Origin: an uncultured candidatus Porisulfidus sp.
Lineage (GTDB): Bacteria > Pseudomonadota > Gammaproteobacteria > Poriferisulfidales > Oxydemutatoraceae
Length of the DNA stretch: 64,000 bases
Direction of reading: 5' to 3'
Assembly: GCA_965215125.1 (NCBI GenBank)
Contig: OZ244052.1
Location: 1,056,001-1,120,000, forward strand
The notes below the pieces were generated by a model. That model saw nothing but the letters and a program-made list of their open reading frames with translations, searched no databases and had not been told where the DNA came from. This document shows, one piece after another, positions 22,409-32,803 of this stretch. Position numbers and translations under genes: made by a program. The number at the start of each line of letters is the position of its first letter. Positions within the stretch are counted from its first letter, which is position 1.

Positions 22409-22650
22409 AGGGCGGACCATTCCCTTCCTTCGGAGGGGTGGCAGGCGCAGTAGAACCGCCGTTTGTTGCAGTAGCACAAACGGCGTGACTTATACAGAGC
22501 CTTAACGTGTTGGGTGGCGCATACATTACAAAATGCAATATCCGCCGATTGAGCCAGTAGGTCAATCGGCGTAACGTTGTGCAGAACCCATAACATATAT
22601 TACAAAATGTAAAGCCTTTCCATGGGGTGGTTATCAAATATGGAAACCAT
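22409..22650. repeat. Modular REP repeat cluster
   Basis: GGAGGGGTGGCAGGCGCAG module plus two hairpins (CGCCGTTTG..CAAACGGCG; CGCCGATTGA..TCAATCGGCG); right half is the reverse complement of 19384-19470. Confidence 0.75.
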
Positions 22651-22661
22651 AAAATTATTAG

Positions 22662-23369
22662 CTAACAATGATCGAAAATTGTGCGGATTTGGGCTTGCAT
22701 TTGTGCTGCCGCCTCGGCCGGTGATGCGGCTTCGCGTATCGGTCTGCCGACCACGACATAATCTGCACCGTTCTCGAATGCTTGGGCTAAATCAACCGTG
22801 CGTTTTTGATCGTCCATATTAGCAACCGGGCGTATGCCGGGGACGATGATTAAGTGCTTAGAGCCGAGCACCTCTTTTAATGCCCGAGCTTCCAACCCGG
22901 ATGCGATAACGCCGTCGCACCCGACGGCAAGCGAACGTTGCGCACGCGACAACACCAATTCCCGCACACTGCACTTGAAGCCGAGCGCGTCTATATCGCT
23001 TTGGTCTAAGCTGGTCAGTGCCGTCACCGCGAGTATCTTCAAATCACCTTTCTCGGCACTCGCCGCCTTCAGCATGTCGTCGTTGCCGTGAACGGTCACA
23101 AAACTGTCACCGAAATGTCGTAAACCTTTAACCGTTGCGGCAACCGTGCGCGGCACATCGAATAGTTTTAGATCTAGGAATATCTTTTTACCTTGCGCTC
23201 GCAATTCCTCCGCCAATGCGAAGTATTCTCCGCATGCAAGTAACTCCAAACCCAGTTTGTAGAAACTCACCGTATCGCCTAAGGCTGCAACCAGTTCTCT
23301 TGCCTGAGCCGCAGTTGTCACATCGAGGGCAAAAATTAGGCGGTCGGCAGTGGGGATTTCGTCGTTCAA
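22662..23369 (-). CDS. pyrF: Orotidine-5'-phosphate decarboxylase
   Basis: FLDLKLFDVPRT, VPGIRP, VVGRPI. Confidence 0.95.
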   Translation of the reverse strand: MNDEIPTADRLIFALDVTTAAQARELVAALGDTVSFYKLGLELLACGEYFALAEELRAQGKKIFLDLKLFDVPRTVAATVKGLRHFGDSFVTVHGNDDMLKAASAEKGDLKILAVTALTSLDQSDIDALGFKCSVRELVLSRAQRSLAVGCDGVIASGLEARALKEVLGSKHLIIVPGIRPVANMDDQKRTVDLAQAFENGADYVVVGRPIREAASPAEAAAQMQAQIRTIFDHC

Positions 23370-23374
23370 TTGCT

Positions 23375-23875
23375 TTAGGTTGAGCTATCAATGACCTCTA
23401 TGCGGAGCGGAGCGGGACCTCTGAGTTTAATATGTTGTCCCTCGCGCAAATCTACCGTTGTGCCGACGATGTCGGCACAAATCGGCATTTCTCTTCCGCC
23501 TCTGTCTATCATGATTGCCAAGCTGACGGTTGCGGCGCGTCCGTAATCGGCAATTTCGTTCAGTGCGGCGCAGATTGTGCGCCCGCTGTGTATCACATCG
23601 TCGACCAAAATAATGTGCCGGTCGTCAAGGTTCGTATTGATTGCCGAAGGTTTAACCTGCGGGAAAGAGCTTATCCTACTAAAGTCGTCTCTATAAAAAT
23701 TAATATCCAGCAGCCCCATAGGTTCGTTGATTTTCAGTTGCTTATGAATGCGCTCGGCAACCCAAACCCCGCCGCTACGTATTCCCAAAATAATCGGGTC
23801 GTTTAATTGTCGGTGCGCTATCAAATGCCGTAATTGTTCCGACATTTCTGCTATCAGTTTTTCCGGTTCTTTCAT
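23375..23875 (-). CDS. pyrR: PyrR pyrimidine regulator / uracil PRTase
   Basis: LDINFYRDD, ILVDDVIHSGRT, DRGGREMPI. Confidence 0.93.
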   Translation of the reverse strand: MKEPEKLIAEMSEQLRHLIAHRQLNDPIILGIRSGGVWVAERIHKQLKINEPMGLLDINFYRDDFSRISSFPQVKPSAINTNLDDRHIILVDDVIHSGRTICAALNEIADYGRAATVSLAIMIDRGGREMPICADIVGTTVDLREGQHIKLRGPAPLRIEVIDSST

Positions 23876-23883
23876 TCTGTCAT

Positions 23884-24351
23884 TTAACGGGTTGTCGTTT
23901 GCTGCGCCTCAAACCAGCTTTCCAATATCAAGGCAGCAGCAACTTTGTCAATGTCCGAGCGTGCTATTCTACCAATTTCTCCTGCCGATCTTTGTTTTTT
24001 TAGTCTATGGTATGCTTCTATCGAGCTTAAGTATTCGTTGCCCTTGTCTACCGGCAGGTTGAAGTGCCGATCTAATCGGTTTATAAACCGGTTCAACTGA
24101 TTCAGCAGTTCGGGCGGTGAGTCGGAATCGGGATAACCGACTACGAAGCGGCACGGTTGCCAAATTTGACATATTTTGTCTATCGCTTGCCAGTCGGCTT
24201 GCCCTGCCTTACACGCAATAGTCTGCAAGGGTTGCGCAGTTGCCGTTTTGATATTGCCCACCGCACTACCGATATACTTCAGCCCGTAATCAAAAGCAAT
24301 CACATGTTCCGATGATACCGCTGCATCCCGTTTTATCTGTTTATCGTCCAT
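23884..24351 (-). CDS. ruvX: YqgF/RuvX pre-16S rRNA nuclease
   Basis: AFDYGLKYIG, VVGYP, E.LSS.EA, ID..AA..ILE. Confidence 0.9.
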   Translation of the reverse strand: MDDKQIKRDAAVSSEHVIAFDYGLKYIGSAVGNIKTATAQPLQTIACKAGQADWQAIDKICQIWQPCRFVVGYPDSDSPPELLNQLNRFINRLDRHFNLPVDKGNEYLSSIEAYHRLKKQRSAGEIGRIARSDIDKVAAALILESWFEAQQTTTR

Positions 24352-25325
24352 TAAACTTGAGACACCAGACGTTTTTCAATTGCATCGATGACATCGCTGC
24401 CGATGTCCAATGCGTATGCTCGGTTGATTTCCCTAACACAGGTGGGGCTTGTGATGTTGATCTCGGTTAAATAACCGGCAACCAAATCGATACCCACAAA
24501 CAGTAAGTCCAGTTCTCGCAGGCGCGGGGCGATGCGCTCGCAAACCGCATAGTCGTGGTCGTTCAATGCCACAGCCACACCCTTGCCTCCGGCAGCCAGA
24601 TTAGCCCTGAACTCGCCTTGTTGAGGCAGCCGGTTGAGCCCGTACGGCACCGGCGTGCCGTCTATCAATAGTACACGCTTATCACCCTCGCTATAATTCG
24701 GGATCAACTCTTGGATTAGGAGGGTCTTTTGTCCGTCGCAAAGCATTGTTTTGAGCAACTCGGACACATCGTCGTCGTTTCGGTTGACTCTGCATACCGA
24801 AGCCCCGCCCATTTCGTTCAGCGGTTTGACGATCGCTTGAGGATGCAACTCTAAAAAGTTTAGTAAATCGTCCAATGAATTACCGACCAGGGTCGGCGGT
24901 CCTAAATCGGAGAATTCCTGAGCGAGTATTTTCTCGTTGACCGACAACAGGCTACGCGGCGGGTTATACACCAATGTGCCGGCACGCTCGGCAAACATCA
25001 ATATGTGGCAGGTATATAGAAACTCGGTATCTACCGGTGGGTCGGAGCGCATCAATATCACATCCAGTTCGGATAAATCGATGTCTTTGGGTGCCGATAC
25101 TTCAAACCAGTGCCTCTGGTCTAAGGAAACCTTTAGACCTCGCGCATGTCCCTTTGCCCGACCTTGATACAAATGCAGGTCTTTGGGTTCAAAATAATAG
25201 AGTTGCCAGCCTTTTCTTTGCGCAGCCTCCAGCAAACATAGGGTAGTGTCTTTGAGCGGATTTATCTCGGCAATCGGGTTCATTACAACTCCCAGAGAAA
25301 CCGACCGATTGTTTGAGTGATTCAT
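24351..25325 (-). CDS. gshB: Glutathione synthetase
   Basis: MRSDPP, GDKRVLLIDG, RANLAAGG, TEINITSPT; start approximate. Confidence 0.95.
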   Translation of the reverse strand: MNHSNNRSVSLGVVMNPIAEINPLKDTTLCLLEAAQRKGWQLYYFEPKDLHLYQGRAKGHARGLKVSLDQRHWFEVSAPKDIDLSELDVILMRSDPPVDTEFLYTCHILMFAERAGTLVYNPPRSLLSVNEKILAQEFSDLGPPTLVGNSLDDLLNFLELHPQAIVKPLNEMGGASVCRVNRNDDDVSELLKTMLCDGQKTLLIQELIPNYSEGDKRVLLIDGTPVPYGLNRLPQQGEFRANLAAGGKGVAVALNDHDYAVCERIAPRLRELDLLFVGIDLVAGYLTEINITSPTCVREINRAYALDIGSDVIDAIEKRLVSQV

Positions 25326-25491
25326 AAAGAAAATAAGGCAAATGTCATACGTGCTTTGAAATTCCAATCATATAACATCATATGCTCAACTACAAGCGAT
25401 ATAATGTCGGACACACATAGTACAATGACATATTTCTAAACAATATCGGGAGAAACTGCTACACCAAGCATGCGCAAGTACAAGGAGAACA

Positions 25492-26127
25492 ATGTATAGA
25501 GTTGATAGAAACAATTTTTATCGGCAACCGAAAAAGGCAACAATATACACGCCTGCCGGTGTGAGTCAATTCATTTATGATATCGTCTCGGACAAAATAG
25601 ATACAACGAAGCCGGTATTAGATCCGTGTGTGGGCAGTGGTTCATTGCTGAAACCTTTCCAACAAAACGGGTTTGAGGTGATCGGTATTGATATCGAATA
25701 TCAGGGTTTCCCGAAGACAGAAGTTAAAAACTACTTGAATATTCAAAAAGATGAGATCGAAAAGCCCGGTTTGGTGATAATGAACCCGCCTTTTAATATC
25801 GACAAAAAAACCAAGCAATATATAACGGCGCATTATGGTGGGCGACCGCTACTTCCCGAAGTGTGGCTACAAAAAGCCCTAGAATTATTCGGAAAAGATA
25901 TACCGATTATATTGTTCACACCCTACGGGTTGCGGCTTAATCAAATGGTGACAAGTCGCCGTTGGCAGAAGTTTGTATGCGGCGAATACCCGGAAATTAA
26001 ATCTATTATCAGCCTGCCGAAAGATATATTTGAAAGCATCCTATTCCATAGTGAAATTCTAATATTCAACATCGAAGGATTAAAAGGACACTATTTTTAT
26101 CACGACGGCAAGCCCTCGAAACATTAA
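25492..26127 (+). CDS. Small N6-adenine DNA methyltransferase-like protein
   Basis: YTP, VLDPCVGSG (motif I), MNPPF (motif IV); strong AAGGAG RBS. Confidence 0.8.
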   Translation: MYRVDRNNFYRQPKKATIYTPAGVSQFIYDIVSDKIDTTKPVLDPCVGSGSLLKPFQQNGFEVIGIDIEYQGFPKTEVKNYLNIQKDEIEKPGLVIMNPPFNIDKKTKQYITAHYGGRPLLPEVWLQKALELFGKDIPIILFTPYGLRLNQMVTSRRWQKFVCGEYPEIKSIISLPKDIFESILFHSEILIFNIEGLKGHYFYHDGKPSKH

Positions 26128-26310
26128 AAAGGGTAGGTTGCGTTTGAGATTATAAGGTAAGATAGTTTTTATTTTCGAGTGAACAGATGTCTGACATAGC
26201 CTTGATGTATCCCATGAATAATCATACTATTATATGGATGGTCGGTATTGGTTCGGCAATTGCTGGAGCAATTAAATATCTGTTCAGCACTAAATTTAGG
26301 GAGAATGTCA

Positions 26311-29300
26311 ATGCCTAATGGAATAAATCCTGATGAAGTAAATAGGGTTGTCTACCTTATTCAATATCTGCAAAGGCTGGCAACTCTTCGCACAACGCTA
26401 ATTCAGGTTCAGGATGTCCACCAATACGAAGAAACAGGGAAGGTGCTTTGGCTATCGGACTGCCCGCATGAACAGGGAGTCTTCACACAGGCATGGGGAC
26501 GCGATGAGGAACACGACCAAGACGAATGGCTGGAAGTACAGCACCGACCGGAACCGCCACTACCCGCCGTTCCGGATCAATGTAAGGACTGGGAGAACCC
26601 TGAATCTCTCCGAAACGAAAATGACTTACCGGAACAACCGGAATTGCCTGATGCTCCGGATCAATGTGAAGACTGGGTGAACCCTGAATCCCTCCGAAAC
26701 AAGAATGACCGGCCTGAACTTTTTCCGGAGATCACCCGGCAAATTCCGAATCCCGACTGGCACGAGGATTCGGACAAGCCAGAAACCATTCCGCAGACCG
26801 AACGCCTTGAGGATTATCCCGAAGTTGGGCAGGAATGGGATCGCTATGTCGGAGATCAATGGTTATCGTGGATGGAAAGACATAATGCGTGGGAGAGAGA
26901 TCACAAGCCTAAACTTCTGTCGGAGATCATCCGACAAACTCCAAATCCTAATTGGCGCGAGGGATCGGACCAGCCGGAAACCATCCCGAAAACTGAACGC
27001 CTTGAGGATTATCCCGAAGTCAAACAAGCATGGGATCGCTATATCCAAGATAAATGGTTGCCGTGGACGAAAGAACATGCTGCGTGGAAGAGAGTCCACA
27101 GGGTTTATTCCACACTCTTTGCTATTTATCAGATGCAACTTCGGCTTGGTGAGGAATACGAACTTGTGCTTGGCTTGGGTCTGCTGACCTGGCAAACACC
27201 CACCGAACCGCGTGTCCGTCGTCATCTGATTGTTGCCGATGCCTTCTTGGAGTTTGAAGCTCACTTAGGAAAATTCATCGTTCGCCCCCATGCGGAAGGT
27301 GCCAAACTACGTCCCGAATTGGACATGTTGGAAATTAACGAACAACTATCAGACGCAGAAAAAAATGCAAGTAACGCATTGAGCCAAGCCGAAGACAATC
27401 CGTGGGAAAGAGGATGTGTCGAAAGTGTTCTTAACGCTCTGGTGCATTCAATCAACCCACAAGGCGAATATAGCAACACACTGAAAGCGAATGTCGCCTT
27501 CGCCCCAGAGCAGCCCATCGTGGAATATGCTCCTGCCCTGATCCTGCGCGAACGTTCCACTAAGGGTCTTATCAAGACCTTGGAGCGGATCAAGGAACAA
27601 ATTGAGAGCGGTGAGCGCATCCCCTGCGGATTTGCGGAACTTGCAGAAATCCATCCGCGGGATAACTCTTATTTAGGCGATGAGCCGGGAGATGCAAACG
27701 CTGCTTTCGATAACACTATTTTTGATGGTGAGATTTTCTTTCCCTTGTCATCGAATGAAGAGCAGCGCCGCATAGTGGAAAAAATACAAGAGGCAAAAGG
27801 TGTGCTTGTGCAAGGTCCTCCCGGCACTGGGAAATCTCATACCATTGCCAATTTGATATGCCATTTGCTTGCTACGGGAAAGCGAATACTCATTACTGCG
27901 AAGACATCGCATGCACTTCAGGTACTTTATAAGAAGCATTTGCCCACAGAGTTGCGCCCTCTCTGCATTAATCTGCTGGGCAGTGGTCGCGAGGGACACA
28001 ACGCTCTTGAAACGAGCGTGAGAGGCATTCTTCATAAGGCAGAAAATTGGATAGAGGAGCATGCCGAGCAAGACCGCAAGGACAAGAAAGACTGCCTGCA
28101 CACTCTCCGCAAGGAGGAAAAGGATAAGGACCGGCGGATACGTTCCATCCGGGAGTCCGAAACACGCTCGCAATCCATTGCGGAAAGAACCTATCGAGGA
28201 ACGGCAGCGAGAATCGCCGAAACGGTGGGCCGGGATCGTGCCAAATACAATTGGTTCACCGATGATGTTCGCTGGAACGAGGATTGGCCGCGCAACATTT
28301 CCACCAACCATTTACAAAGCGTACTTGCAGAGTTACGCCGATTCACACCGGAAATGCGCAAAGAACTGAAACTTGCATGGCCCCAAACTTTGCCATCTGC
28401 TGAGTACTTTGCCAATCTTGTGCAGAATGAGCAAAGCGCAATCCAAGAAGAGCAAAGTGTGGCGCATGGAGCCGACGAACAACTTGCCGATCGGTTGGGA
28501 ACAGATGACCGTTCGGTCATTAAGGCGATTCATAGAGCTTTCGAATCTTTTCAAGATACTCGCAGACAACTTTCAGCATCACCGTTTTTATGGATAAGTA
28601 ATGCCGAGCGCGATATTTTGGGCGGCAACTCGCGTCTGTGGCATCAACGCCTGCGTGTTACACGAGATGTTATTGCCTTGGTTGAAAAACTCGCCGAGAT
28701 CGCCGATGAGACCTCAATTGAATTCCCGGATACCTGCAACATCATATTGTTGTGTGACGATGCCCACAAACTGAAAGAGCATATAGAAAATGGTGGGAAG
28801 CTGGGCTGGGGGCTATTTCGGTCCAAACCGGTGAGAGATCGGCTGTATGTTATCAGGGATGTGAAGATTAATGGACACCCATGCTCTACGGTTGAGCATT
28901 TCACAAATCTTGCCGATGTGCTAGATGTTCGTATTGAATGTAAAAGAGCATGGGACGTCTGGGAAAAGCTAAGTGAAAGGATTGAAGGACCGTATGCTCT
29001 CCAGTTGGCTGAACTGCGGTCGCTGCATGATGCACTTGAAGATGCCTTGGCATTAGAAAAGCGCATTGCCAAGTGTCGTGCAGCGATAAACCAATGCGCC
29101 GGCATAGGTGAGCCTACCTGGTCGGACAAATCTGAAATTGAAAAGATCATCTTCTCGTGCCGCTTGGCCTTGGCTTGTATTGACAAGCAGCGTGCCAGTG
29201 AGGAAATCCATCGCATTGAGAATTCCATCTCTCGGGTAGGCACCGAGGAAGATGCTCATCCGGTGACAAACGATTTGCTGAATGCCATTCGCAGCCGTGA

Positions 29301-31479
29301 CACGGATGAGTTTACTCGGTGTGCGAACAAGATTCAGAATTTGGAAGAGCAATACCATAACCTTGAGGAGATGAACGAATCCCTCACACAACTACGAGAT
29401 GTACTTCCGCAGTTCACAAACTCTATGGAGGAAACCTACAACGAGCACCACTGGAAAGAGCGAATCGAACACATTGGTGATGCCTGGCACTGGAGACAGG
29501 CGCGACACTGGATTGAGGATTACATTAACAAGGAAGATGTCCCTGCACTCAACACGCGTGCCAAGGAAACCGAGAATAAGATAAACGATCTCATTGCCGA
29601 GCTTGCCTCTCTTCACGCTTGGTCATTCTGTGACGATCGGCTTGAGGATAACCATCGTCAGCATATGGTAGCCTGGCAACAAGCCATGGAACTGGTTGGT
29701 GCTGGGACGGGGAGACACGCGGCTCACCATCGGCGCGAGGCTCAAAGGCATCTGAATCAATGTCGTGAGGCAGTTCCGGCGTGGGTGATGCCACTGCATC
29801 GCGTTTGGGACACGGTGACACCCGCTCCCGAAATATTTGATGTGGTTATTGTTGACGAGGCTTCGCAATGTGGCATTGAAGCACTTCCTTTGTTCTATCT
29901 TGCCAAAAAGATAGTGATTGTCGGTGACGACAAGCAGATCAGCCCGGATGCTGTTGGCATTGACCAGACCTTAGTGCATCATTACGTGGGAGAGTTCCTT
30001 CAAGATTTCCAATTTAGAGATAGTTTTGATACTAAGAGCAGCCTGTTTGATCATGGGAGACGCCTGTGTCAATCTCAGCAAATCACATTGCGTGAGCACT
30101 TCCGCTGTATGCCGGAAATCATCCGTTTCAGCAACGATCTTTGCTATTCGGATACGCCATTGCTTCCCGTGAGACGACATGGTTTAGACCGGCTGCCGCC
30201 ACTTGAGCATGTTTTTTTAAACGGAGGGTATTGCGAAGGAAATGGCAACCGGATTATTAACCGACCGGAAGCCGAAAAAATTGTCGAAAAAATCGCCGAG
30301 ATGTGTGATGATCATCGCTACGATGGTAAGACGATGGGTGTGATAGTACTTCAAGGAGTAGCCCAACCGCGGTTTATTGAGAGTCAATTACTTGAACATC
30401 TGGGAGCCGAGGTAATGGAAGAGCGACGTTTAATCTGCGGCAATCCATACAGTTTTCAGGGCGACGAGCGAGACATCATATTCTTGTCACTTGTTGTAGC
30501 ACACAACATAAATTTCAACGCACGCACCACGGCACCAGATGTAAGGCGATTCAATGTCGCTGCCAGCCGTGCCCGCGACCAGATGATTCTTTTCCATTCT
30601 GTCATTTGTGACGATCTCAGCCGAAGAGATCTTCGGAGGAAGTTGCTTGAGTTCTTCCAAAATAAACAGCCACAGCAGATTGCTGGTACTGATATCAGTC
30701 CGGATGAGCTGGAGCTACGGGCACACCACGACAACCGACAAATCGTAGAACCACCCAAACCCTTTGAGAGCTGGTTCGAAGTTGATGTTGCCCTGGAACT
30801 ACAGCGCAAAAACTTTAGGTTTATACCTCAGTATGAATCTGCAGGCTACCGAATCGATTTACTAGTCGATGGCGGGCAGGCGCAACTTGCTGTTGAATGT
30901 GATGGCGATTATCATCACGGACCAGACCGTTATGATGCCGATATGCAACGCCAACGCCAGTTGGAGCGATGCGGTTGGCAATTCTTCCGGATCAGAGAGT
31001 CGAAATTCCGCCTCGACAAGGAGAACACGCTTGCCGAGCTCTGGCAGGCACTGGAAACCCGAGGCATCTTTCCACATTACGTTGCAGCCGAGCCTCACGA
31101 AGACGCTTCGGAGAGAGACGGTTTGAATGATTGCGAAGATGCTAACGAAAATGAGAATGAAGATTGCTCATCCGCCGACTCAGAAAATGAAGGCAGTCAA
31201 CCGGGTCACCCAATAGATGCAATAACGGAAGAGAAAATTAAGGACGCTATCATTTCTGCCTTATCGAGGCAACCTAATCAGTGGCATCCATTGCAATTGC
31301 AAGACATGACCAGGCTCGTTCTTAGAGAAGTGGGTGTGCAAACTCGTGGAAGACGACGGTTAGCCTTCGGAGAGAAAATTATGCGGATCATTGATACTCT
31401 TGAGAAAAACGGTCGCATTGAAAAACACATAAACAATCGAGAGATCAGGCTGATAAATTCAATGACACCAAGCGGCTAA
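26311..31479 (+). CDS. Large SF1 (DNA2/UPF1-like) helicase fused to a Vsr/DUF559-like PD-(D/E)XK nuclease
   Basis: QGPPGTGKS, DEASQ, GDDKQ, LREHFRC, FQGDERD, RFNVAASRAR; C-terminal FE...YRID..VECDG..H..D..RQ..LER.GW.F.RI; start approximate. Confidence 0.88.
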   Translation: MPNGINPDEVNRVVYLIQYLQRLATLRTTLIQVQDVHQYEETGKVLWLSDCPHEQGVFTQAWGRDEEHDQDEWLEVQHRPEPPLPAVPDQCKDWENPESLRNENDLPEQPELPDAPDQCEDWVNPESLRNKNDRPELFPEITRQIPNPDWHEDSDKPETIPQTERLEDYPEVGQEWDRYVGDQWLSWMERHNAWERDHKPKLLSEIIRQTPNPNWREGSDQPETIPKTERLEDYPEVKQAWDRYIQDKWLPWTKEHAAWKRVHRVYSTLFAIYQMQLRLGEEYELVLGLGLLTWQTPTEPRVRRHLIVADAFLEFEAHLGKFIVRPHAEGAKLRPELDMLEINEQLSDAEKNASNALSQAEDNPWERGCVESVLNALVHSINPQGEYSNTLKANVAFAPEQPIVEYAPALILRERSTKGLIKTLERIKEQIESGERIPCGFAELAEIHPRDNSYLGDEPGDANAAFDNTIFDGEIFFPLSSNEEQRRIVEKIQEAKGVLVQGPPGTGKSHTIANLICHLLATGKRILITAKTSHALQVLYKKHLPTELRPLCINLLGSGREGHNALETSVRGILHKAENWIEEHAEQDRKDKKDCLHTLRKEEKDKDRRIRSIRESETRSQSIAERTYRGTAARIAETVGRDRAKYNWFTDDVRWNEDWPRNISTNHLQSVLAELRRFTPEMRKELKLAWPQTLPSAEYFANLVQNEQSAIQEEQSVAHGADEQLADRLGTDDRSVIKAIHRAFESFQDTRRQLSASPFLWISNAERDILGGNSRLWHQRLRVTRDVIALVEKLAEIADETSIEFPDTCNIILLCDDAHKLKEHIENGGKLGWGLFRSKPVRDRLYVIRDVKINGHPCSTVEHFTNLADVLDVRIECKRAWDVWEKLSERIEGPYALQLAELRSLHDALEDALALEKRIAKCRAAINQCAGIGEPTWSDKSEIEKIIFSCRLALACIDKQRASEEIHRIENSISRVGTEEDAHPVTNDLLNAIRSRDTDEFTRCANKIQNLEEQYHNLEEMNESLTQLRDVLPQFTNSMEETYNEHHWKERIEHIGDAWHWRQARHWIEDYINKEDVPALNTRAKETENKINDLIAELASLHAWSFCDDRLEDNHRQHMVAWQQAMELVGAGTGRHAAHHRREAQRHLNQCREAVPAWVMPLHRVWDTVTPAPEIFDVVIVDEASQCGIEALPLFYLAKKIVIVGDDKQISPDAVGIDQTLVHHYVGEFLQDFQFRDSFDTKSSLFDHGRRLCQSQQITLREHFRCMPEIIRFSNDLCYSDTPLLPVRRHGLDRLPPLEHVFLNGGYCEGNGNRIINRPEAEKIVEKIAEMCDDHRYDGKTMGVIVLQGVAQPRFIESQLLEHLGAEVMEERRLICGNPYSFQGDERDIIFLSLVVAHNINFNARTTAPDVRRFNVAASRARDQMILFHSVICDDLSRRDLRRKLLEFFQNKQPQQIAGTDISPDELELRAHHDNRQIVEPPKPFESWFEVDVALELQRKNFRFIPQYESAGYRIDLLVDGGQAQLAVECDGDYHHGPDRYDADMQRQRQLERCGWQFFRIRESKFRLDKENTLAELWQALETRGIFPHYVAAEPHEDASERDGLNDCEDANENENEDCSSADSENEGSQPGHPIDAITEEKIKDAIISALSRQPNQWHPLQLQDMTRLVLREVGVQTRGRRRLAFGEKIMRIIDTLEKNGRIEKHINNREIRLINSMTPSG

Positions 31480-31675
31480 GGTTATGCAAAATATCACGCC
31501 ACCTGTTTTGATATATGTAGGCTTACACAGGTACGTGCCTGCATCCACAAATATATCTTTTATAGTACAATCGGGCGTATCAGTACGAAGGAAGGTTTTT
31601 TATGTCAAATCACGACGGCAAAGTTTGTCGACGGGATTATAATAGTAATTTACAGATAACAAAGGGAGATTAAAG

Positions 31676-31912
31676 TTGTTAGGAATAGCACTTTACAACG
31701 CATTAACAAAGCTAGGATTAAACCATGAAGAAGCAAAGGAAGCAGTTGCAGATGTTGCGAGTACAAAGGATGTGGCAACTAAGACGGATATAGTGCGAAT
31801 GGAAGGGGTTTTCAACGCGAGATTAGCAAAGGTAGAAATCGAACTGAAAAATTTGCGATGGTTGATAGTGATAGTGGTAGGTGTTGCCGTTGGAATAATC
31901 AAATATCTATAA
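31676..31912 (+). CDS. Small coiled-coil protein with VATKTD motif and C-terminal TM
   Basis: Paralog of 15823..16032; GGGAG RBS before a TTG start. Confidence 0.7.
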   Translation: MLGIALYNALTKLGLNHEEAKEAVADVASTKDVATKTDIVRMEGVFNARLAKVEIELKNLRWLIVIVVGVAVGIIKYL

Positions 31913-31916
31913 GGAA

Positions 31917-32060
31917 GTGGCAACGAAGGCAGACCTAAAAGAAGAGCTAGCAGAACTAAAGGCAGACAACAAAGCAATAAAATGGTTGTTAGGTTTATTA
32001 GTAGCGATAAATGTTGCTTTTATTGTGTCTGCTGTTAGTTTGCTGGTTAGGTTTTTATGA
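31917..32060 (+). CDS. Orphan C-terminal module of the same family (VATKADLKEELAELKADNKAIKWLLGLLVAINVAFIVSAVSLLVRFL)
   Basis: 47-codon ORF, below the ORF-track cutoff, starting at the family's VATKAD motif directly after the previous stop. Confidence 0.6.
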   Translation: MATKADLKEELAELKADNKAIKWLLGLLVAINVAFIVSAVSLLVRFL

Positions 32061-32208
32061 GTAGGACTGCCGGCAAAGAAAACCAAAAAATAAACTAATT
32101 AGCAATAGTAAAAACCTGTTTGCAAAAAGCGGGAGACTGTAATTTAAATTGTGTAAGTTCTAATTAAGATAAACTAGGTGGCAACACCAAACTAATAAAG
32201 GAGAACTT

Positions 32209-32742
32209 ATGAAAGATATAAAAAGCATCGGGAAAGAATTATCCCGTCATGTAAAGACCCAACAAGAGATGACCGATATCATCGGTCAGTTGATTAAGTC
32301 AATGATGGAAGGCATACTCAATGCGGAGCTGGACGACCATCTCGGCTATGAGAAAAACGACAAAGCATCCAAGCGTAGAAAGAATACCCGCAACGGGCAT
32401 AGTGCCAAGACCTTAAAGACCAATTATGGGGATATAACGATACAGACACCGCGAGATCGGGAGGCGTCGTTTGAACCGATGATTGTGCCGAAAGGGAAAA
32501 CCCGTTTAGACGGATTTGAGGATACGATATTGGCACTCTATGCGCAAGGGATGACGGTGCGACAGATACAAGAGTCGATTAAAGAGTTGTATCATGGTGC
32601 GGAGATTTCTACTGCGGTTATCTCGAATGTCACCGATGCGGTGATAGACGAGGTGCGGACTTGGCAGAGCCGAGTGTTAGAGTGCCTCTATGTGGTGATG
32701 TATCTGGATTGCATCGTCGTCAAAGTGGAGACTGTAATTTAA
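32209..32742 (+). pseudogene. Truncated IS256 transposase
   Basis: Identical to the N-terminal part of 32804..34036, cut by the second IRL. Confidence 0.9.
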
Positions 32743-32803
32743 ATTGTGTAAGTTCTAATTAAGATAAACTAGGTGGCAACACCAAACTAATAAAGGAGAA
32801 CTT

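Noticed and set aside
16066-22650. Palindromic intergenic repeats as CRISPR repeats or integron attC sites
   Set aside because: They are dispersed, modular and irregularly spaced, with no integron integrase and no consistent RYYYAAC/GTTRRRY ends.
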